Sequence record: KJ019152.1
Length of the DNA stretch: 64,000 nt
Strand: one strand, 5' to 3'
The notes beneath the pieces are model-generated. The model was not told the origin of the DNA. It saw only the letters and a list, made by a program, of their open reading frames with translations, and did not search any database. The position numbers were made by a program, and so were the translations under genes. Each line of letters opens with the position of its first letter. The stretch's first letter is position 1. Shown here piece by piece: positions 45,573 to 55,032 of the stretch.

Positions 45573-45651
45573 GCGACCCCTTTTCAACTCCACAAGAGTA
45601 TTATAACGACCACCTGTTCAAATGGCAAGTATGAACCCCAAGGGATTCGTG

Positions 45652-45660
45652 TGTTATAAT
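45652..45660 (+). promoter_or_regulatory. Sigma70-like extended -10 (TGT-TATAAT) for g55
   Basis: 30 nt upstream of the g55 ATG; AAGGAAA RBS. Confidence 0.7.
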
Positions 45661-45690
45661 ATAGACATACTCAGATCCTAAGGAAATGAC

Positions 45691-46167
45691 ATGGCAAAGG
45701 CTAAATCAGAACACTACGTAAACAATAAAGAGTTGCTAGCAGCACTCATCGATTATCGTGATAGGTTGGATATCGCAAGAAGAAGAGATTTACCTAAACC
45801 ACGTATCAGTAACTACGTAGGAGAGTGTTTCCTTAAGATTGCCACTCACCTTTCATACAAACCCAACTTCGTTAACTACATGTTCCGTGAGGACATGATC
45901 TCGGATGGTATCGAGAACTGCGTACAATACATTCACAACTTTGACCCTAATAAGTCCAGAAACCCCTTTGCCTACTTCACTCAGATCATCCACTATGCTT
46001 TTCTGCGTAGGATCCAAAGAGAGAAGAGACAACTAGACATCAAGAACAAGATTGTCGAGAAGACTGGTTTTGAGTCTCTGATGACAAGTGACACTAACTT
46101 GACAAACGAGTATAGGAACGATTATAATGCCATCAGGGAAAACATTATTAACAAACTGAACTCATGA
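45691..46167 (+). CDS. gp55: Late sigma factor gp55
   Basis: 'HYVNNKE.L', 'YVGECFLKIA.HLS..PNF.NY..REDMI.DG.ENC..YI.NFDP.KS.NPFAYFTQI'. Confidence 0.98.
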   Translation: MAKAKSEHYVNNKELLAALIDYRDRLDIARRRDLPKPRISNYVGECFLKIATHLSYKPNFVNYMFREDMISDGIENCVQYIHNFDPNKSRNPFAYFTQIIHYAFLRRIQREKRQLDIKNKIVEKTGFESLMTSDTNLTNEYRNDYNAIRENIINKLNS

Positions 46168-46328
46168 ATCAGTACCCCACATCTTCTGATAATAGAAGGA
46201 ATGATGCACATCAAGAAGGCAGAACAACTTATATCAGTGAATCTGAATGCAAGGAATGTGGGTGTGTAGTCAAACTCGTATGGTCCAATCGGTGTCATTT
46301 CTGCACCATCAATAAATCAAACTCATAA
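46164..46328 (+). CDS. 54-aa zinc-ribbon microprotein (not in ORF track)
   Basis: ATGA overlap with the g55 stop; MNQYPTSSDNRRNDAHQEGRTTYISESECKECGCVVKLVWSNRCHFCTINKSNS; fills the gap to g47. Confidence 0.6.
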   Translation: MNQYPTSSDNRRNDAHQEGRTTYISESECKECGCVVKLVWSNRCHFCTINKSNS

Positions 46329-46343
46329 AGGGAACAAACTAGA

Positions 46344-47393
46344 ATGGCATTGATCGCAGTTATCACGGATACTCATTATGGGGCGAGAAAAGGTGCTCAG
46401 TATCTTCATGATCACTTTGAGAAGTTCTACTCTGAGGTATTCTTCCCCACACTAAAGGAGAGGGGTGTTAAAACCATTCTCCACATGGGTGACGCCTTTG
46501 ATAGTAGGAAGTCTATTGGGTTTGAGGTACTCAACTGGGCAAAGAGAGTTGTATTCGATCCTATGGCAGAATACGATGTACATATGATTGTGGGAAATCA
46601 TGATTGTTATTACAAATCTACCAACAGAACTAACTCTCCAGACCTACTACTCAAAGACTACGACAATATCACCACCTATCATAGACCTACAGAGGTAACT
46701 CTAGAGGGTATGAATACACTTCTATTGCCTTGGATTTGTGATGAGAACCGGGAAGAGTCCCTGAAGATGATCAAGTCTTCCAAGTCTAAGTTTGCTGCTG
46801 GTCACTTAGAACTGGATGGGTTTGAGGCATATAGGGGACATACTTACAGAGATGGTAAGTTGGACAATGGAGTATTCAATAACTTCGATAAAGTATTCTC
46901 TGGACACTTCCATACTCGTTCAGACAACGGGAAGATCTTCTATGTGGGTAACCCCTATGAGATGTTCTGGAACGATGTAAATGACCCCAGAGGGTTTGTT
47001 CTACTGGATACTGAAACTCTAGAGGTTGAGTATATCAACAATCCACATACTCTTTTCTCCGTTATCTACTATGAAGATACCAACTATAAACTCTTCAATG
47101 CCAAAGAGTATGAAGGTAAGATTGTAAAGGTTATTGTCAGAAAGAATACTGACAGGAAACTCTTTGATAAGTTTCTAGACAAACTTATGAAGACCAATAT
47201 CCTAGACATGAAGATCGTAGAGAACTTCAATATTCAGGAGGGGGAGGACTTCCAGGTAGAAGATATCGAAGAGAACACCCTATCAATTCTCAACCGATAT
47301 GTAGATGAAGCAGACTATGAAGATAGTTCTATTCAGAAAGATGATATTAAGAATCTTATCTCTCAAATCTACCGAGAGGCATGTGAAGTATGA
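46344..47393 (+). CDS. gp47: Recombination endonuclease subunit gp47 (Mre11/SbcD-like)
   Basis: Phosphoesterase motifs 'ITDTHYG', 'HMGDAFD', 'VGNHD', 'VFSGHFH'. Confidence 0.97.
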   Translation: MALIAVITDTHYGARKGAQYLHDHFEKFYSEVFFPTLKERGVKTILHMGDAFDSRKSIGFEVLNWAKRVVFDPMAEYDVHMIVGNHDCYYKSTNRTNSPDLLLKDYDNITTYHRPTEVTLEGMNTLLLPWICDENREESLKMIKSSKSKFAAGHLELDGFEAYRGHTYRDGKLDNGVFNNFDKVFSGHFHTRSDNGKIFYVGNPYEMFWNDVNDPRGFVLLDTETLEVEYINNPHTLFSVIYYEDTNYKLFNAKEYEGKIVKVIVRKNTDRKLFDKFLDKLMKTNILDMKIVENFNIQEGEDFQVEDIEENTLSILNRYVDEADYEDSSIQKDDIKNLISQIYREACEV

Positions 47394-47683
47394 GAGACGC
47401 GTGTTATATCATTACTGCATCAGAAGCAAAGGGTATGGATGTATACACCATCAAGTCTGAGGGTGTGAAGAATGTTCTAATCTTTGAGAAAGGTGAAGAC
47501 GCTGAGAGGTATGTTATAATGTTGAATGAAGATGAAGGATACATTGTGGGTGAAACACTAGAACTGGAAGTTTTTGAGGTTCCACTATCTGCCGTGGTAG
47601 AATCCCTGAACGAGAAAGGCTATAGTTACATCTATGTTAAACCCGATGACCTGTTTATTCCACCTGATGCCAAGAAAGTTTAA
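47390..47683 (+). CDS. DUF3110-like hypothetical protein
   Basis: 'VLIFE..EDAERY..ML', 'GY.Y..V.PDDL.IPP'. Confidence 0.65.
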   Translation: MRDACYIITASEAKGMDVYTIKSEGVKNVLIFEKGEDAERYVIMLNEDEGYIVGETLELEVFEVPLSAVVESLNEKGYSYIYVKPDDLFIPPDAKKV

Positions 47684-47685
47684 TT

Positions 47686-49413
47686 ATGTTGTTGTTTAAG
47701 AAACTAAGATGGCAGAACTTCCTATCCACTGGAGACAAGGGTATTGAAGTTGATTTCCTAATGAACAATACCAATCTTATCATTGGTAGTAATGGTGCTG
47801 GTAAGAGTACCCTTTTGGATGCTCTTACCTTTGTTCTATTCAATAAGCCATTCAGGAAGATCACCAAACCTCAACTAGTTAATAGTATCACTGAGAAGAG
47901 GTGTGTAGTTGAGATTGAGTTTGAAACAAACAATAAGAGTTACTTGGTTCGCCGTGGAATCAAACCTAATGTATTTGATATCGTAGTAGATGGGAAACTA
48001 TTAGACAAGCGTGGTGATGACAGGGATAACCAGAAACTATTAGAAGAGAATATTCTTAAGGTTAATTATAAATCATTCACTCAGGTAATTATCCTTGGGG
48101 CATCTACCTTCGTCCCCTTTATGCAACTCACTGCCTCCAATCGTAGAGATGTGATTGAGGATCTACTAGACATCCGTGTATTTAGTCAGATGTCAGGTAT
48201 CGTCAAGGATCGTATCAGACAACTCCGTGAAGATATCAAGATTCTAGATCTCAAGAGGGGATCTCTTAGAGATAAGTCTGAGATGCAGAAGAACTTTATC
48301 AATGAGATTACTAAGAAGGGTGAGAGTAATATTGAATCCAAAGGAGAGAAGATCAAGACTCTATTGTTTGAGAAGCAAACTCTAGAAACCGAGAATATCA
48401 CAACTCTAACTAAACTGAAAGAACTTCAGGATGAGTTGGAAGGACTAGAAGACGCTTCTGATAAACTACGTAAGTTGGGTAGTCTAAGGGGTAAGATTTC
48501 CCAGAAGATTACTACACTCACTAAGGAACACAAGTTCTTCAAAGACAATGCTTCCTGTCCTACCTGTACTCAGGATATTGATGAAGAGTTTCGTAGTGTC
48601 AGACTAAGTGAGTTGGGTGACAAAGCAAAGGAGATGAACAAAGGGTTTAAAGAACTAGAAGATACTATTGAACGTGAAGAGAACCGAGAGCAAAAGTTCA
48701 AGAGTATCTCCAAACAAATCCTAGAACTCAACACTCAGGTGAGTACTAACAACACAAAAAACACTAGTATCAGTATGAATATTGGTGATCTTGAGAGTGA
48801 GATTGGATCTATCAGGCACTCCATTGATAACCAAACAGAGGAGAAAGAGAAACTAGATCGTTTCCAAGATGACCTGAGTCGAGTATTTGATACCCTCTCC
48901 ACTAGAAACTCTGAGATGGATAACAATAAGTTTGTCTATGAGTTACTGAAAGATGGTGGAGTGAAGACTAATATCATCCGCAAGTACATCCCCTTCATCA
49001 ACAAACAGGTGAATAGGTATCTCCAGATGATGGAGTTCTATATTAACTTCGAGTTAGATGAAGAGTTTAATGAGACTGTAGTATCACCTATTCATGAGAA
49101 CTTCTCATACTCTTCCTTCTCTGAGGGTGAGAAGATGAGAATTGACTTGGCACTTCTATTCACCTGGAGAGAAGTTGCTAGGGTTAGAAACTCTGTGAAT
49201 ACAAACCTCCTAATTATGGATGAGGTGTTTGATAGTTCTCTAGATGGTTTTGGAACAGAAGAGTTCCTCAAAATCATCAGATATGTTGTACAAGATGCTA
49301 ATGTATTCATTATTAGTCACAAACAAGAACTCCACGAACGTTTCGATAGTGTTCTACGATTTGAAAAGGATAGAGGGTTCTCCAAACTAACTCTAAATAA
49401 AACAAACGATTAA
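47686..49413 (+). CDS. gp46: Recombination ATPase gp46 (Rad50/SbcC-like)
   Basis: Walker A 'GSNGAGKST', zinc hook 'CPTC', signature 'FSEGEKMRIDLAL', 'LIMDEVFDSSLD', 'ISH'. Confidence 0.98.
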   Translation: MLLFKKLRWQNFLSTGDKGIEVDFLMNNTNLIIGSNGAGKSTLLDALTFVLFNKPFRKITKPQLVNSITEKRCVVEIEFETNNKSYLVRRGIKPNVFDIVVDGKLLDKRGDDRDNQKLLEENILKVNYKSFTQVIILGASTFVPFMQLTASNRRDVIEDLLDIRVFSQMSGIVKDRIRQLREDIKILDLKRGSLRDKSEMQKNFINEITKKGESNIESKGEKIKTLLFEKQTLETENITTLTKLKELQDELEGLEDASDKLRKLGSLRGKISQKITTLTKEHKFFKDNASCPTCTQDIDEEFRSVRLSELGDKAKEMNKGFKELEDTIEREENREQKFKSISKQILELNTQVSTNNTKNTSISMNIGDLESEIGSIRHSIDNQTEEKEKLDRFQDDLSRVFDTLSTRNSEMDNNKFVYELLKDGGVKTNIIRKYIPFINKQVNRYLQMMEFYINFELDEEFNETVVSPIHENFSYSSFSEGEKMRIDLALLFTWREVARVRNSVNTNLLIMDEVFDSSLDGFGTEEFLKIIRYVVQDANVFIISHKQELHERFDSVLRFEKDRGFSKLTLNKTND

Positions 49414-49418
49414 ATCTT

Positions 49419-49547
49419 ATGAAAAGGTTCTTGTTATTTGGTGCTATATTTGCACTAGTTGGGGCTGGACTATCACATGGTCAGTTTCACCTCTACAACT
49501 CTTCTGTTCCACATGTTCATGAAAATGGAGTAATTCATTCACACTAA
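49419..49547 (+). CDS. 42-aa His-rich secreted or membrane-anchored peptide (not in ORF track)
   Basis: MKRFLLFGAIFALVGAGLSHGQFHLYNSSVPHVHENGVIHSH; fills the gap between g46 and the oxygenase. Confidence 0.65.
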   Translation: MKRFLLFGAIFALVGAGLSHGQFHLYNSSVPHVHENGVIHSH

Positions 49548-49551
49548 TATT

Positions 49552-50274
49552 ATGCAAGGTCTAGATCTAGTTATTGAATACCCAAACGTATTTCCCGATG
49601 ATCTATGTGATGAGATGATCGAGAGGTTTGAGAAGGATGATAGGAAAAGTAAGGGACATAACGGCTCCTTTGGACCTGAATTTACAACAGATAAGGTATC
49701 AATAGACCTATACTATACAGGACTACCCGAATGGGTTGATATTGATACTAAATCATTTGAGTTAATAACACCCTATGTTGCGGAATATGTGAATTTATTG
49801 AGTGATAACTTCCACATGAAGGAAACTGCTTTTATAAATGACCAGGGATATCAGATACAGAGAACTGATCCTGGTGGTTTCTTTAGTTGGCACTGTGACC
49901 ATACTTCATATCCAATACTAGACCAACGCCTTATCAATACGCAGGGTGGTGATTCATATTGTATTCGTGATAGGATAGCTACCTATATCATATACCTAAA
50001 TGACAGAACTGGACTATCTGATGGAGTTACAGAGTTTGGGTTTGGTGATAACTTGAAGACAGTCACTGCAGAAAAAGGAAAACTCATCATGTTTCCTGCT
50101 AACATTTTATATCCACATAGGGGAACTACCCTGGAAAATGGAGTAAAATACTTAATGACAGGTTGGGTAGTCCGTGACGCAGTGATGAGATCTGAAATTT
50201 CACCACAAGATTATGAAGAAAGGTTTGAGAGATACGAGAGGATGCCCTACCTCACTCCAGTGGACAATCGATAA
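49552..50274 (+). CDS. 2OG-Fe(II) oxygenase (prolyl-4-hydroxylase-like)
   Basis: 'YQIQR...GG.F.WH.D', 'YLND', 'G.TEF', 'GKLIMFP....YPHRG......KY..TGW'. Confidence 0.92.
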   Translation: MQGLDLVIEYPNVFPDDLCDEMIERFEKDDRKSKGHNGSFGPEFTTDKVSIDLYYTGLPEWVDIDTKSFELITPYVAEYVNLLSDNFHMKETAFINDQGYQIQRTDPGGFFSWHCDHTSYPILDQRLINTQGGDSYCIRDRIATYIIYLNDRTGLSDGVTEFGFGDNLKTVTAEKGKLIMFPANILYPHRGTTLENGVKYLMTGWVVRDAVMRSEISPQDYEERFERYERMPYLTPVDNR

Positions 50275-50318
50275 ACTGTCCACCCCCACCAGTCATGGGG
50301 GTTTTTCTATGCCATAAT
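50260..50318 (+). promoter_or_regulatory. Early-type promoter: GTGGACA-N10-TGTCCAC palindrome plus TGC-CATAAT
   Basis: Perfect 7-bp inverted repeat at 50260-50283; extended -10 at 50310-50318. Confidence 0.6.
50282..50306 (+). terminator. Intrinsic terminator overlapping the next promoter's -35 position
   Basis: ACCCCCA-ccagtca-TGGGGGT followed by TTTT. Confidence 0.7.
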
Positions 50319-50342
50319 AGGTTCATACCAAGGGAAACACCT

Positions 50343-52487
50343 ATGATCAACCTAGAAGTCAAAGGACAACTAGCGAAGCTCCTAGCAACTGAGGATCTTA
50401 TTGTGGAACACCGCAATGTAGATACCGCTATGTTCAATGTAGATACTCGTGTCCTGACTCTTCCTAGGTGGGAAAAGGCAAGTAATACTGTATTTGATCT
50501 TCTAATCTCACATGAGGTTGGCCACGCTCTCTTCACTCCCAATGAAGACTGGACTAGTAAGGTATCTTGTCCAAAGATGTTTGTGAATGTAACTGAAGAT
50601 GCTCGTATTGAGTCTCTGATGAAGCGTAGGTTTGGTGGACTACCCAAGACTTTCTATAACGGATATAAAGAGTTATACAATGAAGACTTCTTTGGTATTG
50701 GTGATGAAGATCCATCTGGTATGCAGATCGCAGATAGGGTAAACCTACACTTCAAAGTTGGCAACTTTATCAAGATCCCCTTCACTAAAGAGGAACAGGT
50801 TGTTGTTGATCAGATTGCTAGTGCAAAGACTTTCAAAGACGCATTAGAATCCGCTGAAGCGTTATACGCCCTTCATAAAATAGAGAAAGAAGAGAAGGAG
50901 AAAGAGGTGGTGGCACCAATATCAGGTGATGATGGTGGCGGTGAATCTGATCAAGAAGATACAGATGGTGAGGAAGAAACAATCCAAACAGAAACTGATA
51001 GTGGGGTTGAGGGTGGAGATAATACTGATGATGAACCAGGAGATTCTGAATCTAATACAGAAGACACAGTAGATAGTTCTGGTGGTGGAGATCAGAGTGA
51101 TATAGATGATGACATAGTGAAGACTATGGAGAATGTGGAGGATAAACTAAAAGATCTAACCAACCCAAACCTCAGTGGTGAACCAATATATCTTACCCAC
51201 CCTAAGATTGATTTGGATAAAGTTGTTATTTCCAATGAAACAGTTCACGAACGCATTGCCAGACACTGGAATATTCGTTTGTCACTACTCAAAACTGAGG
51301 ATGAATCGAAACTAAAGGAAGTTGAATACTTTATCCATAGGGATTATGGTAGACATGAAGAAAGTTTCAGGAAGTTTAGGAAAGATATTCAACCTGAAGT
51401 TAACTATATGGTGAAAGAGTTTGAGTGTAAGAAGTCCGCAGATGCATACTCACGAGCAACAGTTTCTAAGACTGGTGTTCTGGATTGCACCAAACTACAT
51501 ACTTATAGATACAATGAAGATCTGTTCAGGAAAGTTACCACTCTCCCTGAAGGTAAGAACCATGGTTTGATATTTGTTCTTGACTGGAGTGGTTCCATGT
51601 GTGAGGTTCTTTCCAACACTGTGAAGCAACTCCTATCACTGGTTATGTTCTGTGATAAAGTTGGTATTCCTTTTGATGTGTATACCTTCACCAATGACTA
51701 CAACAAATATGATCCATATGCTCCCAGAGAACTTGGGGAGGTGAATACCTTTGATCTAGGTGGCAATTTCAATATGGTGAATATTCTAACCAGTAAGGTT
51801 AACCGTAAGACTCTAACCAAACAGATGGAGAGAATCTATATGATTGCCGAAATGTTTACCTATGGTAACTATGGATGTGTTCCTGATTGTATGTGCCTCT
51901 CAGGAACTCCCCTGAATGAAGCTATCCTTACTCTTCACTCAATTCTCCCTAAGTTCCAGAGTGAAAACAATGTTCAGAAAACACATACTATCATTCTTAC
52001 TGATGGTGAAGCGGGTGGTTCTAGATGTGTAAAGGAAAATAACCAGGAAGGTGGACGTGGTAAGTATGTTAGTCGTTTTGTTGGTAACCATACTTACCTC
52101 CGTAATAGGAAAACAGGTGTAACTCGTAAGATTGAAACCTTTGGTGTTACTAAAGACCTATTAGAAGATCTCCGTGAAACCTTCCCCCACAGCACTTTCA
52201 CCGGGTTTCGTATTCTAGAAATTGGTGGTAGTTGGTTTGTTCGTCAGGCTGTTGGTTATGATCAACAGAAACTAACAGAATGGAAAAAGAACAAATCAAT
52301 TTGTTTAGAAAACCAAGGTTATAATAAATACTTTGTTATACAATCAAACAAACTCAAGTATGATACTGAGTTTGATGTTGATGAAGGAGCTACAAAGGCG
52401 AAGATCAAATCCTCATTCGCCAAGTCCCTTAAAGGGAAGAAGAACAACAAACGTATCCTAGGTGATTTTATTGGAATGATCGCCTGA
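50343..52487 (+). CDS. CobT-like metallopeptidase / vWA-domain protein
   Basis: Likely start MINLEVKGQLAKLLATEDL (ATG 50343 after AGGGA); HEVGH zinc motif; acidic linker; MIDAS 'LDWSGSM', 'GTPLNE', 'ILTDGE'. Confidence 0.85.
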   Translation: MINLEVKGQLAKLLATEDLIVEHRNVDTAMFNVDTRVLTLPRWEKASNTVFDLLISHEVGHALFTPNEDWTSKVSCPKMFVNVTEDARIESLMKRRFGGLPKTFYNGYKELYNEDFFGIGDEDPSGMQIADRVNLHFKVGNFIKIPFTKEEQVVVDQIASAKTFKDALESAEALYALHKIEKEEKEKEVVAPISGDDGGGESDQEDTDGEEETIQTETDSGVEGGDNTDDEPGDSESNTEDTVDSSGGGDQSDIDDDIVKTMENVEDKLKDLTNPNLSGEPIYLTHPKIDLDKVVISNETVHERIARHWNIRLSLLKTEDESKLKEVEYFIHRDYGRHEESFRKFRKDIQPEVNYMVKEFECKKSADAYSRATVSKTGVLDCTKLHTYRYNEDLFRKVTTLPEGKNHGLIFVLDWSGSMCEVLSNTVKQLLSLVMFCDKVGIPFDVYTFTNDYNKYDPYAPRELGEVNTFDLGGNFNMVNILTSKVNRKTLTKQMERIYMIAEMFTYGNYGCVPDCMCLSGTPLNEAILTLHSILPKFQSENNVQKTHTIILTDGEAGGSRCVKENNQEGGRGKYVSRFVGNHTYLRNRKTGVTRKIETFGVTKDLLEDLRETFPHSTFTGFRILEIGGSWFVRQAVGYDQQKLTEWKKNKSICLENQGYNKYFVIQSNKLKYDTEFDVDEGATKAKIKSSFAKSLKGKKNNKRILGDFIGMIA

Positions 52488-52488
52488 T

Positions 52489-52547
52489 GTGACACTCCAC
52501 AAACTGGCACAATGGGGGGTTGCAGGAATCCCCTTCCCGTGTATAAT
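52489..52547 (+). promoter_or_regulatory. Early-type promoter: GTGACA-N10-TGGCAC, TTGCAG-16-TATAAT
   Basis: Same layout as the element at 50260. Confidence 0.7.
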
Positions 52548-52580
52548 AGTTGTATACCAAACAAGGAAACCACAAACTCA

Positions 52581-53714
52581 ATGGCCCGACTCGCTATGAC
52601 AACTGATCAAATTGTTGAGAAACTGAAAGAGACCTATGGTGAGAACGTAACTACAGCTGAACTCAAAGCCTTCTGTGCTATGAATGATTGTGGTTACCCT
52701 ACAGTCACTCGTCGATTGGAAGAATATAAGTCTGGTCGTGGTCGTTGGAATCTAACCCTAAACGAGAAGTTGGAACAAACCTATCAAGGACCATCTGGTG
52801 TCCCTGCTGTTATGGATATTTCAGAAACAAACCTTGTTCCAGACAAAGATAGTAACTTTGTTTCATTCGGTAACTTCACTGATTTGAAACAAGTCATCAA
52901 GTCTGGTATCTTCTATCCTACCTTTATCACTGGTTTATCTGGTAACGGAAAAACCTTTGGTGTAGAACAAGCTTGTGCTCAACTTGGTAGGGAACTGATT
53001 CGAGTAAATATTACAATTGAAACCGATGAAGACGATCTTATTGGTGGTTTCCGTCTCATTGATGGTGCTACTGTTTGGCATAATGGTCCAGTCATCGAGG
53101 CTCTGGAACGGGGAGCTGTTCTTCTTCTAGATGAGATTGACTTGGCATCTAACAAGATCCTTTGTCTTCAGTCTATCCTAGAAGGTAAGGGTGTATTCCT
53201 GAAGAAGATTGGTAAGTTTGTGAGACCTACCAATGGATTCAATGTGATTGCCACCGCAAACACAAAAGGTAAGGGTTCTGATGATGGACGTTTTATTGGA
53301 ACTAACGTTCTGAATGAAGCATTCCTAGAACGTTTCCCTGTAACCTTTGAGCAGGAATATCCAGTAGCATCAGTAGAAACTAAACTCCTGAAGAAGTATG
53401 CTTCTTCATTGGGTATCGTAGATGATAAGTTTTGTAAGTATCTGGCAGACTGGGGTGATATCATCCGAAAAACATTCTATGATGGTGGTGTGGATGAGGT
53501 CATCTCCACACGACGTTTGGTTCACATCCTTAGGGCATATAGTATCTTTGATGACAAATCAAAGGCAGTTGCTATCTGTCTAAACAGGTTTGATGATGAA
53601 ACCAAACAAGCCTTTATGGATCTTTACGACAAGATTGACAACGAAGTCACCTTTCAATTTGGTGAAGGTACAGATAACGTTCAGTACTCTGAAACACCAG
53701 ATACAAACTTCTAA
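52581..53714 (+). CDS. cobS: CobS-like MoxR-family AAA+ ATPase
   Basis: Start ATG 52581 after AAGGAAA; Walker A 'GLSGNGKT', 'ETDEDDLIGGFRL', 'WHNGPV.EA.ERGA.LLLDEID', 'NEAFLERF'. Confidence 0.93.
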   Translation: MARLAMTTDQIVEKLKETYGENVTTAELKAFCAMNDCGYPTVTRRLEEYKSGRGRWNLTLNEKLEQTYQGPSGVPAVMDISETNLVPDKDSNFVSFGNFTDLKQVIKSGIFYPTFITGLSGNGKTFGVEQACAQLGRELIRVNITIETDEDDLIGGFRLIDGATVWHNGPVIEALERGAVLLLDEIDLASNKILCLQSILEGKGVFLKKIGKFVRPTNGFNVIATANTKGKGSDDGRFIGTNVLNEAFLERFPVTFEQEYPVASVETKLLKKYASSLGIVDDKFCKYLADWGDIIRKTFYDGGVDEVISTRRLVHILRAYSIFDDKSKAVAICLNRFDDETKQAFMDLYDKIDNEVTFQFGEGTDNVQYSETPDTNF

Positions 53715-54155
53715 ATGATTTATCCTACTATGAACTCCTGGTCTATGTTATTCGATGAAATTGGTGAAATCAATTTTGATGACTCCGAATACACTGAAGA
53801 CGTTATTATTCAACCCAACACTATGAAAGAAACAACTAAAGACGAAACATTCTGGAGGTATGATGAGGGTAAAATTCTCCGTGAAGTAGAAGCTTACCTC
53901 TCAAGTACATACAAAGGTCACTATGTTGGTGGTGAAACCAAAATCCAAACACTAGACCTTATTGATTCTATTGGTGACTCTGAATCCTTCTGTAGATCCA
54001 ACGCAATCAAATACCTCTCTAGGTTTGGGAAGAAGGAGGGCAAAAACCAGAAGGATCTCCTAAAGGTTATTCACTATGCCATCCTCCTTTACCACTTCGC
54101 AGGACTACCCTTCACAGAAGACGCTGTGGAAACTCACTCGCCTACTGGGCGTTAA
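53715..54155 (+). CDS. DUF3310-like (SaV-like) hypothetical protein
   Basis: 'TY..HY', 'F...NAIKYLSR.GKK.G....DL.K..HY'. Confidence 0.75.
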   Translation: MIYPTMNSWSMLFDEIGEINFDDSEYTEDVIIQPNTMKETTKDETFWRYDEGKILREVEAYLSSTYKGHYVGGETKIQTLDLIDSIGDSESFCRSNAIKYLSRFGKKEGKNQKDLLKVIHYAILLYHFAGLPFTEDAVETHSPTGR

Positions 54156-54162
54156 CCCATAT

Positions 54163-54180
54163 CTGTGTTATAATACACAG
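54163..54180 (+). promoter_or_regulatory. Sigma70-like -10 flanked by inverted repeat (CTGTGT-TATAAT-ACACAG), upstream of g45
   Basis: Perfect 6-bp inverted repeat around TATAAT, with TG extension. Confidence 0.65.
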
Positions 54181-54211
54181 GAAACCATCTCATCCTTTAT
54201 CTTTTATATTA

Positions 54212-54880
54212 ATGAAACTATCTGACGAAACTATTGCAGTGTTGAAGAACTTCTCTTCTATCAACCAGAGTATTATTGTGGGTGAGGGTAACACCTTAAG
54301 AACTATCTCAGTGATGAAGAACATCCTTGCTGAGGCAAAAGTCTCTGAGAACTTTGAGAAGTCCTTTGCTATCTACGACCTCAATGAGTTTCTAAATGGT
54401 TTATCGCTTCATGACAACTACGCATTGGATTTCTCCAATGACACCTTTGTTGTTATTCGTGAAGGTCGTCGTCGTGTGAACTATCACTTCGCAGACCCTG
54501 AAGTTATTGTTGCTCCACCTGATAAGCAACTCCAACTTCCCTCTGAGGATGTATGTTTCCAACTAGATCACAGCCAACTCTTACAACTAGTGAAGGCTGC
54601 TTCTATCTACAAACTCCCTGATTTATCTGTTGTTGGTGAGAATGGAACTATCTCCCTAGTTGTTCGTGATAAGAAGAACGACTCATCCAATGTGTATTCT
54701 GTGGATGTTGGTGAGACTACCGATGACTTCACCTTCAACTTCAAGGTTGAGAATACTAACAAGATTCTCGCTGGTAACTATGATGTAGTTATCTCCCAGA
54801 AACTACTCGCCAAGTTCACTGGACAGAAGAACAATGTTGAGTATTTTATCGCTTTAGAACCAGACAGCACCTTTGGGTGA
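54212..54880 (+). CDS. gp45: Sliding clamp gp45
   Basis: 'MKLS..T..VLKNFSSINQSI', 'F.IYDLNEFL', 'G.Y.V.IS', 'YFIALEPDS'. Confidence 0.97.
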   Translation: MKLSDETIAVLKNFSSINQSIIVGEGNTLRTISVMKNILAEAKVSENFEKSFAIYDLNEFLNGLSLHDNYALDFSNDTFVVIREGRRRVNYHFADPEVIVAPPDKQLQLPSEDVCFQLDHSQLLQLVKAASIYKLPDLSVVGENGTISLVVRDKKNDSSNVYSVDVGETTDDFTFNFKVENTNKILAGNYDVVISQKLLAKFTGQKNNVEYFIALEPDSTFG

Positions 54881-54915
54881 TATTATGGGAGGGTAACAAC
54901 AACCCCCCAGCAACT

Positions 54916-55032
54916 ATGTGTAATATCGTGTATCTCTCAGGAAATACTTTTTATTACACTAGGTGCTTGGCAAAACAGAATATTCGTGTTATACTGGGTA
55001 GGGATATAGAGTATTGTTTTGTTGGGGAATAA
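54916..55032 (+). CDS. Possible 38-aa ORF
   Basis: MCNIVYLSGNTFYYTRCLAKQNIRVILGRDIEYCFVGE; no clear RBS. Confidence 0.25.
   Translation: MCNIVYLSGNTFYYTRCLAKQNIRVILGRDIEYCFVGE

Noticed and set aside
31285-49413. Inteins or introns in terminase, portal, capsid, UvsW, gp46 or gp47
   Set aside because: Lengths and motif spacing are normal, and I saw no intein or LAGLIDADG blocks.
50295-50342. ORF-track starts at 50295 (and 52512) for the cobT-like and cobS genes
   Set aside because: These extensions run through promoter and terminator elements; RBS-supported ATGs lie at 50343 and 52581.
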